Assembly: GCA_002684355.1 (NCBI GenBank)
Contig: NYVA01000029.1
Location: 75,244-139,243, forward strand
DNA from: Formosa sp.
GTDB taxonomy: Bacteria; Bacteroidota; Bacteroidia; Flavobacteriales; Flavobacteriaceae
DNA length: 64,000 bases
Direction: 5' to 3'
Shown here: positions 58,404 through 64,000 of the stretch, in pieces
Position numbering within the stretch: the stretch's first letter is position 1
How the letters are laid out: each line of letters begins with the position of its first letter
The notes under the pieces: generated by a model
Databases searched by the model: none
What the model saw: the letters and a program-made list of their open reading frames with translations, nothing else
Told to the model about the DNA's origin: nothing
Translations under genes and position numbers: made by a program

Positions 58404-58420
58404 AACCTTAATAGTTTCAA

Positions 58421-58476
58421 CAAAAATAAAATTTGTCTTAGATATAATTTCAATAATTAAATAAATATTAACATTT
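58421..58476 (-). promoter_or_regulatory. Light-island promoter A: AAATGTTAAT-N8-AATT-N15-AAGACA-N5-TATTTTTG
   Basis: Ungapped match to 52820-52875; -7 box 17 nt upstream of the TetR ATG. Confidence 0.65.
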
Positions 58477-58697
58477 CGTCTTAATTATATCAATTTATAG
58501 CGGGTACGTTGTTTAAGCTTAATTACGTAACAAGCGGGCTCTTTGTATGCTATAAACGGCAAATTTTGAGTCGATTTAAAAATTGAAATAAATAACAATA
58601 AAATATTAAACCTTTACTTCATATAAATATCATAAAATACTCAAAATAAGCAATTTAAATATATATTATAAGGAATATCTATTGTTATTTATTTTAG

Positions 58698-60077
58698 TTA
58701 TCTGAGCCATTTAAAGGCTTTTTTGAGAAGCTTCAATTTATTTTTATAAGGCGCATAGCGCAATGGAATGTCAAGCCAATTGGCTTTGATTGTGATGCCT
58801 TTTTTGTGCGTAAAGGTCTCATAACCAAAATGACCATGGTACGCACCAATGCCACTTTCTCCGACCCCACCAAAGGGCAATCTCGGGTTTCCGAAATGAA
58901 TCATCGTATCGTTGACTGCGCCACCTCCAAAACTATATTTTTGGATAAGAGAATTGCAAAACGCTTTATTTTCTGAGAAAACATAGAAACCCAATGGTTT
59001 TTCATAGGATTTCACAATAGATTCAATGTCTTTTTCAGTTTGGTAATCCAAAACAGGTAAAATTGGGCCAAATATTTCCCCTTCCATAACCTTGGAATCC
59101 AATTTTGGATTATTTACCAATGTTGGGGCCAAATAATTATCGCTACTGTTGCTATTACCACCGACGAGGATTTCAGCATCCTCTAACATTGCTGTAAGGC
59201 GTTGTAAGTTTTTTGCATTTACAATTCGGGGATAATTTGGAGAGATTTCAGGATTTTCTCCATATGCTTTGAAAATTTCTGTTTTTAAATGTTGAACAAG
59301 GTCTGCTTTAATGCGATTATTCGCCAAAATATAATCTGGTGCAATACAGGTTTGGCCTGCATTTAAAAATTTGCCCCATACCAAGCGTTTGGCGGTTAAT
59401 TTTATATCAGCTGATTCATCAACAATACATGGGTTTTTACCTCCTAGTTCAAGCGTTACAGGCGTTAAATGTACGGCTGCAGCCTTTGCTATAATTTTTC
59501 CTACAGCGACACTCCCTGTAAAAAAAATGTAATCCCATCTTTCTTTTAACAGTGTAGTGGTTTCTGAAACGCCTCCGAGTTCAACACAAAGGTGCGCATC
59601 ATCAAAAATATCTGATAAAATTATTTTAATGATCACTGCGGTATGTGAGCTCACCTCACTTGGCTTCAAGACCACGGTGTTTCCTGCCGCAATGGCTGAA
59701 ATGACTGGACTGATGGCCAGCTGAAATGGATAATTCCAGGGCGCGATCACTAAAACAGTACCATGTGGCTCACTGTAGATGTAGTCTTTTGAGGGAAAAT
59801 TAAGTTTTGAGGCACGTACCTTTTTAGGTTTAGACCATTTTGAAAGATTATTGAGTACAATGTCTATTTCTGAAATTAGAATACCAAATTCACTGATATA
59901 GGCTTCAAATTTTGGTTTTTTAAAATCTTTGTAGAGCGCTTGGTGTATGGCGTCTTCGTTGGTAATAATACTTTTTTTGAGGCGCTTAAGCTTAGCCTTA
60001 ATAAAACTAATATCACGTGTTTTACCGGTTTCAAAAAAGCTTTTTTGTGACTTTATAAGTTGTTTTGGGTCTTTCAT
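58698..60077 (-). CDS. Class 3 aldehyde dehydrogenase
   Basis: PWNYP, FTGS, LELGGKNP, NAGQTCIAPD, EIFGP. Confidence 0.92.
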   Translation of the reverse strand: MKDPKQLIKSQKSFFETGKTRDISFIKAKLKRLKKSIITNEDAIHQALYKDFKKPKFEAYISEFGILISEIDIVLNNLSKWSKPKKVRASKLNFPSKDYIYSEPHGTVLVIAPWNYPFQLAISPVISAIAAGNTVVLKPSEVSSHTAVIIKIILSDIFDDAHLCVELGGVSETTTLLKERWDYIFFTGSVAVGKIIAKAAAVHLTPVTLELGGKNPCIVDESADIKLTAKRLVWGKFLNAGQTCIAPDYILANNRIKADLVQHLKTEIFKAYGENPEISPNYPRIVNAKNLQRLTAMLEDAEILVGGNSNSSDNYLAPTLVNNPKLDSKVMEGEIFGPILPVLDYQTEKDIESIVKSYEKPLGFYVFSENKAFCNSLIQKYSFGGGAVNDTMIHFGNPRLPFGGVGESGIGAYHGHFGYETFTHKKGITIKANWLDIPLRYAPYKNKLKLLKKAFKWLR

Positions 60078-60784
60078 TGGGCTTTTATTTTAGTACATTC
60101 GTCCCATAAAATATCTGTTGGTGGATTTGCTTCAATTTTAATCATTTTTTTTGAAACGGGGTGCGTAAATTCGATGCATTTTGCATGCAAATGAATCCCT
60201 CCGTTTTTATTACTTCTTTCAAAACCATATTTTAAATCTCCTTTAATGGGCGAACCTATGCATGCTAATTGACTTCTAATTTGATGGGATCTCCCTGTTT
60301 CTAACACGACTTCCAAATGGGAATAAGCTTTTAATTCCTTAACTACTTCATAATGTAAAATTGCTTTTTTACTGTCTTTAATCTCTTTTGGGTAAGCTTT
60401 GGTTGTATTTGTTTTTGGATTTTTTTTCAACCAATGAATCAAAGTATCTTTAGATTTAACAGGTTTATTTTTGACAATCGCCCAGTATATCTTATGAATG
60501 CACTTATCTTGAAACAACAAATTCATTCGCTTTAAAGCTTTAGAGGTCTTTGCAAAAACAACGATACCAGAGGTAGGACGGTCTAAGCGATGGGTGACCC
60601 CTAAAAATACCGCCCCAGGTTTGTTGTATTTGTATTTTATATAGGCCTTTAAGATTTCTGAGAGCGGTTTGTCTTTTGTTTTGTCTCCTTGAACAATATC
60701 TCCAATACGTTTGTTAACAGCAATCAGATGATTATCTTCGTAAAGTAGCTGTATGTTGGATGCATCTGTTACAATTCGTGACAT
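60074..60784 (-). CDS. RluA family pseudouridine synthase
   Basis: YEDNHL, HRLDRPTSG, TGRSHQIR, GDLKYG, LHA. Confidence 0.92.
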   Translation of the reverse strand: MSRIVTDASNIQLLYEDNHLIAVNKRIGDIVQGDKTKDKPLSEILKAYIKYKYNKPGAVFLGVTHRLDRPTSGIVVFAKTSKALKRMNLLFQDKCIHKIYWAIVKNKPVKSKDTLIHWLKKNPKTNTTKAYPKEIKDSKKAILHYEVVKELKAYSHLEVVLETGRSHQIRSQLACIGSPIKGDLKYGFERSNKNGGIHLHAKCIEFTHPVSKKMIKIEANPPTDILWDECTKIKAQ

Positions 60785-60787
60785 GTA

Positions 60788-61603
60788 TCAATATTGTTCC
60801 TCATTATTTGGAAATTCAGAAGATTTCACATCAGATACATACTGTCCAATAGCATTGGTCATAGACTCGAAAAGGTTCATGTAACGTCTTAAAAAACGTG
60901 GATTGAATTCATGGGTCATTCCAAGCATATCATGCAATACAAGTACTTGCCCGTCAGCCCCATTACCAGCTCCGATACCAATAACAGGAATGCGGAGTTC
61001 TTCTGCTACCTTTTCTGCTAATTTAGCCGGAATTTTTTCGAGTACAATTGCAAAACAGCCTAAACGCTCCAAAAGTTTTGCATCCTTTAGAAGTTTTTCA
61101 GCCTCTTCTTCTTCCTTAGCACGAACCGAATACGTACCAAATTTATATATGGACTGAGGGGTAAGCCCCAGGTGGCCCATAACAGGGATACCTGCATTGA
61201 GAATTTTTTTTATAGAATCTTTGATTTCTTTACCGCCTTCTAATTTAACAGCGTGGCCACCACTTTCTTTCATGATACGTATGGCAGATCGCAGGGCCTC
61301 TTTAGAATCACTTTGATAAGTCCCAAAAGGCAAATCAACTACGACTAGCGAACGTTCAATAGCACGAACGACTGAAGAGGCATGGTAAATCATTTGATCT
61401 AAGGTTATGGGAAGTGTCGTTTCATGACCAGCCATGACATTGCTGGCAGAGTCTCCAACCAAAATGACATCGATTCCAGCCCCATCAACAATCTTTGCCA
61501 TGGTATAATCATAAGCCGTGAGCATGGATATTTTTTCCCCCGAAGCTTTCATTTCGACAAGCGATTTGACTGTTACACGTTTGTATTCTTTAGAGTTTGA
61601 CAT
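60788..61603 (-). CDS. panB: 3-methyl-2-oxobutanoate hydroxymethyltransferase (start reassigned to 61603)
   Basis: [32 protein letters not shown]. Confidence 0.95.
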   Translation of the reverse strand: MSNSKEYKRVTVKSLVEMKASGEKISMLTAYDYTMAKIVDGAGIDVILVGDSASNVMAGHETTLPITLDQMIYHASSVVRAIERSLVVVDLPFGTYQSDSKEALRSAIRIMKESGGHAVKLEGGKEIKDSIKKILNAGIPVMGHLGLTPQSIYKFGTYSVRAKEEEEAEKLLKDAKLLERLGCFAIVLEKIPAKLAEKVAEELRIPVIGIGAGNGADGQVLVLHDMLGMTHEFNPRFLRRYMNLFESMTNAIGQYVSDVKSSEFPNNEEQY

Positions 61604-61647
61604 TTTATCAAAATTTTTATAAAAATAGTGAAAAAGAACGTTACCAC

Positions 61648-61689
61648 TATGACACCTTGTCATATTTTCTGCCATGGCACAATGATTGC
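61648..61689 (+). promoter_or_regulatory. dnaK upstream: palindrome TATGACA-cct-TGTCATA and sigma54-type TGGCAC-N5-TTGC
   Basis: Palindrome at 61648-61664; -24/-12-like element at 61675-61689; no CIRCE seen. Confidence 0.55.
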
Positions 61690-61740
61690 CTAGTACTTAT
61701 CGAATTAAAAATTTCAAAAAAAAATTAATATTTAGAAATT

Positions 61741-63645
61741 ATGAGTAAAATTATAGGAATCGATCTCGGTACTACAAACTCTTGTGTATCTGTTATGGAA
61801 GGAAATGAACCAGTGGTAATTACCAATGCCGAAGGACGTAGAACAACTCCATCTGTTATCGCTTTTGTTGAAGGTGGCGAGATAAAAGTTGGCGACCCTG
61901 CCAAACGACAAGCAGTCACAAACCCTCAAAAAACTGTCTATTCTATAAAGCGCTTTATGGGAAATAAGTTTTCGGAATCTAAAAAAGAAGCCGGTCGTGT
62001 TCCATATAAAGTAGTTAAAGGAGATAACGATACGCCTCGAGTTGACATTGATGGGCGTTTGTACACTCCACAGGAATTATCTGCTATGGTTCTTCAAAAA
62101 ATGAAAAAAACCGCAGAAGAATTTTTAGATCAAGAAGTGACGGAAGCTGTGGTTACAGTTCCCGCTTATTTTAACGATGCACAACGACAAGCAACAAAAG
62201 AAGCGGGTGAGATTGCGGGTTTAAAAGTTCGAAGAATTATCAACGAGCCTACTGCAGCAGCCTTGGCCTATGGAATGGATAAAAAAGGAAAAGACCAAAC
62301 AATTGTTGTCTTTGATTTTGGAGGTGGAACGCACGATGTTTCCATTCTGGAACTTGGTGATGGTGTTTTCGAAGTTTTATCAACAGATGGAGATACCCAC
62401 CTTGGAGGAGATGATGTTGATGAGAAAATTATCAATTGGTTGGCAGAGGAATTCAAGAAAGACGAAAAAATGGATTTGAGAGAAGATCCAATGGCACTTC
62501 AGCGTTTAAAAGAAGCTGCTGAGAAAGCCAAGATTGAGCTTTCATCCTCTTCTCAAACTGAAATCAACCTGCCATATGTAACAGCCACAGCAAGTGGACC
62601 AAAGCATTTGGTTCGAACCTTATCTCGTTCAAAATTTGAACAATTAATCGATGATTTGGTTAAAAGAACTATCAAACCATGTCAAACTGCTTTGAAAGCG
62701 GCTGGTATTTCAAAAAGTGATATTGATGAAATTATCCTGGTAGGTGGCTCGACTCGTATACCTGCAGTTCAAGAAGCTGTTGAGAAATTTTTTGGCAAGA
62801 AACCAAACAAGGGTGTTAATCCCGATGAAGTTGTTGCCGTTGGTGCTGCCATTCAAGGTGGTGTTTTAACCGGAGATGTCAAGGATGTATTGCTATTAGA
62901 CGTTACCCCTTTGTCACTTGGAATTGAAACCATGGGCAATGTGATGACTAAGTTAATAGATGCCAATACAACCATTCCAACAAAAAAATCACAAGTTTTT
63001 TCTACGGCGGCTGACAACCAGCCATCTGTAGAGATTCATGTGCTTCAAGGAGAACGCGCCATGGCAGCGGACAACAAAACCATTGGACGTTTTCATTTGG
63101 ATGGTATCCCTCCAGCACAAAGAGGAACGCCTCAGATTGAAGTTACTTTTGACATTGATGCCAATGGAATTATTAAAGTTTCTGCTACCGATAAAGCAAC
63201 CAATAAGTCACAGGACATTAGAATCGAAGCTTCTTCAGGTTTAACCGAAGAAGAAATCGAGCAAATGAAGCGTGACGCAGAAGCGAATTCGGATGCAGAT
63301 GCAAAAGCAAAAGAAACAGCAGACATGCTCAACAGTGCAGACGCGATGATTTTTCAAACAGAGAAGCAGCTGACTGAATTCGGAGACAAACTATCTGACG
63401 ATAAAAAACAGCCTATCGAGGCTGCTTTGGAAGAATTAAAGAAAGCGTATGAAAGCAAGGATCTTGCAATCATTGAACCTGCTTTAGAGAAAATCAACGA
63501 AGCATGGAAAGTGGCCAGTGAAGAAATGTACAAAGCACAACAAGCGTCTCAAGCTAATGGTGCTCCAGGCTCAGATACTGGACAAGAGCCTACTCAAGCA
63601 GAAGGTGACAATGTTGAAGACGTAGATTTCGAAGAAGTGAAATAA
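61741..63645 (+). CDS. dnaK: Chaperone DnaK
   Basis: [31 protein letters not shown]. Confidence 0.98.
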   Translation: MSKIIGIDLGTTNSCVSVMEGNEPVVITNAEGRRTTPSVIAFVEGGEIKVGDPAKRQAVTNPQKTVYSIKRFMGNKFSESKKEAGRVPYKVVKGDNDTPRVDIDGRLYTPQELSAMVLQKMKKTAEEFLDQEVTEAVVTVPAYFNDAQRQATKEAGEIAGLKVRRIINEPTAAALAYGMDKKGKDQTIVVFDFGGGTHDVSILELGDGVFEVLSTDGDTHLGGDDVDEKIINWLAEEFKKDEKMDLREDPMALQRLKEAAEKAKIELSSSSQTEINLPYVTATASGPKHLVRTLSRSKFEQLIDDLVKRTIKPCQTALKAAGISKSDIDEIILVGGSTRIPAVQEAVEKFFGKKPNKGVNPDEVVAVGAAIQGGVLTGDVKDVLLLDVTPLSLGIETMGNVMTKLIDANTTIPTKKSQVFSTAADNQPSVEIHVLQGERAMAADNKTIGRFHLDGIPPAQRGTPQIEVTFDIDANGIIKVSATDKATNKSQDIRIEASSGLTEEEIEQMKRDAEANSDADAKAKETADMLNSADAMIFQTEKQLTEFGDKLSDDKKQPIEAALEELKKAYESKDLAIIEPALEKINEAWKVASEEMYKAQQASQANGAPGSDTGQEPTQAEGDNVEDVDFEEVK

Positions 63646-63664
63646 ATTAAAGTTATCTAAAAAT

Positions 63665-63699
63665 AAAAAAGCGCAATCTCAAATGGTTGCGCTTTTTTT
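63665..63699. terminator. Bidirectional terminator between dnaK and blh
   Basis: AAAAAAGCGCAATC-tcaaat-GGTTGCGCTTTTTTT. Confidence 0.85.
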
Positions 63700-63717
63700 A
63701 TGTGTTGTTTTTGAAAA

Positions 63718-64000
63718 CTATGTTCTTTTCATTGAAAACATTCTAAGCATCACAATGGCATGCGGAAAAGTAACTGCCGCAATAAATGCAAAGAATAAGC
63801 TGTGAAAATGTTTTTCATCTTTGAAAACGAGGAATAAAACAGCAATACCAACAAGTGAAACCAGCCAATAAGGGAGTGCTGCTTTTATGTATTTAAAAAC
63901 ACTTTTTTTCTTTAGATCTCCGTAAATGAATTTAATCTGATCTAATAATGATGGAATGCTATGCCAAAAAATAAAGTAGATGGTAAACCCCCAAATAAGT
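63718..64000 (-). CDS. blh: Brp/Blh beta-carotene 15,15'-dioxygenase, 3' end (partial)
   Basis: Manual translation: LIWGFTIYFIFWHSIPSLLDQIKFIY...LFFAFIAAVTFPHAIVMLRMFSMKRT*; YFxxWHS and TxPH His motifs are characteristic of Blh. Confidence 0.85.
   Translation of the reverse strand, partial: LIWGFTIYFIFWHSIPSLLDQIKFIYGDLKKKSVFKYIKAALPYWLVSLVGIAVLFLVFKDEKHFHSLFFAFIAAVTFPHAIVMLRMFSMKRT

Noticed and set aside
61604-61675. N-terminal extension of panB in the ORF track
   Set aside because: Runs through the dnaK regulatory region; PanB homology starts at MSNSKEYK
61725-63332. Antisense ORFs opposite dnaK
   Set aside because: Well-known antisense open-frame artefact of hsp70 genes, fragmented here
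1-64000. CRISPR arrays, prophage, IS elements, defence systems, rRNA
   Set aside because: No repeat-spacer arrays or hallmark genes seen; nearly all sequence is accounted for by identified genes

Overview
AT-rich chromosomal window from a marine Flavobacteriaceae (Bacteroidota). This is supported by TAnnTTTG -7 promoter boxes, flavobacterial gene order and Bacteroidota-specific DUFs. Most of it is compact housekeeping DNA: rpmE2, mtaB, rpmH, carB, purB, rdgB, rlmH, nadC, priA, rpsF-rpsR-rplI, hisS, tRNA-Met, fmt, a RecQ-family gene, murA, panB and dnaK. I saw no CRISPR array, prophage or IS. Five genes are absent from the ORF track: a secreted endonuclease I at the left edge, rpmH, a Lacal_2735-family gene, DUF2256, and blh at the right edge. 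Main points of interest: (1) An 11-kb, 16-gene light/photo-oxidative-stress island (47549-58403) carries three different photolyase/cryptochrome genes, FolE, TspO, GPx, an AarF kinase and TetR. Its two putative transcription units share an ungapped 56-bp promoter architecture, suggesting an uncharacterised light regulon, and blh (retinal synthesis) lies about 5 kb away. (2) A four-gene envelope operon (cupredoxin lipoprotein, YceI, OB-fold, DUF5777 barrel) in which a type-1 copper domain appears to occupy the slot usually held by a c-type cytochrome lipoprotein. (3) An ECF sigma module with a matching TGTAAC-N16-C(G/A)TCT promoter at a distant envelope operon. (4) A sigma54-type promoter plus palindrome upstream of dnaK. 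(5) A LytTR regulator with a D-to-E phosphoacceptor. (6) A structured, possibly switchable 5' leader on a DEAD-box helicase. All family assignments come from motif recognition, not database searches.
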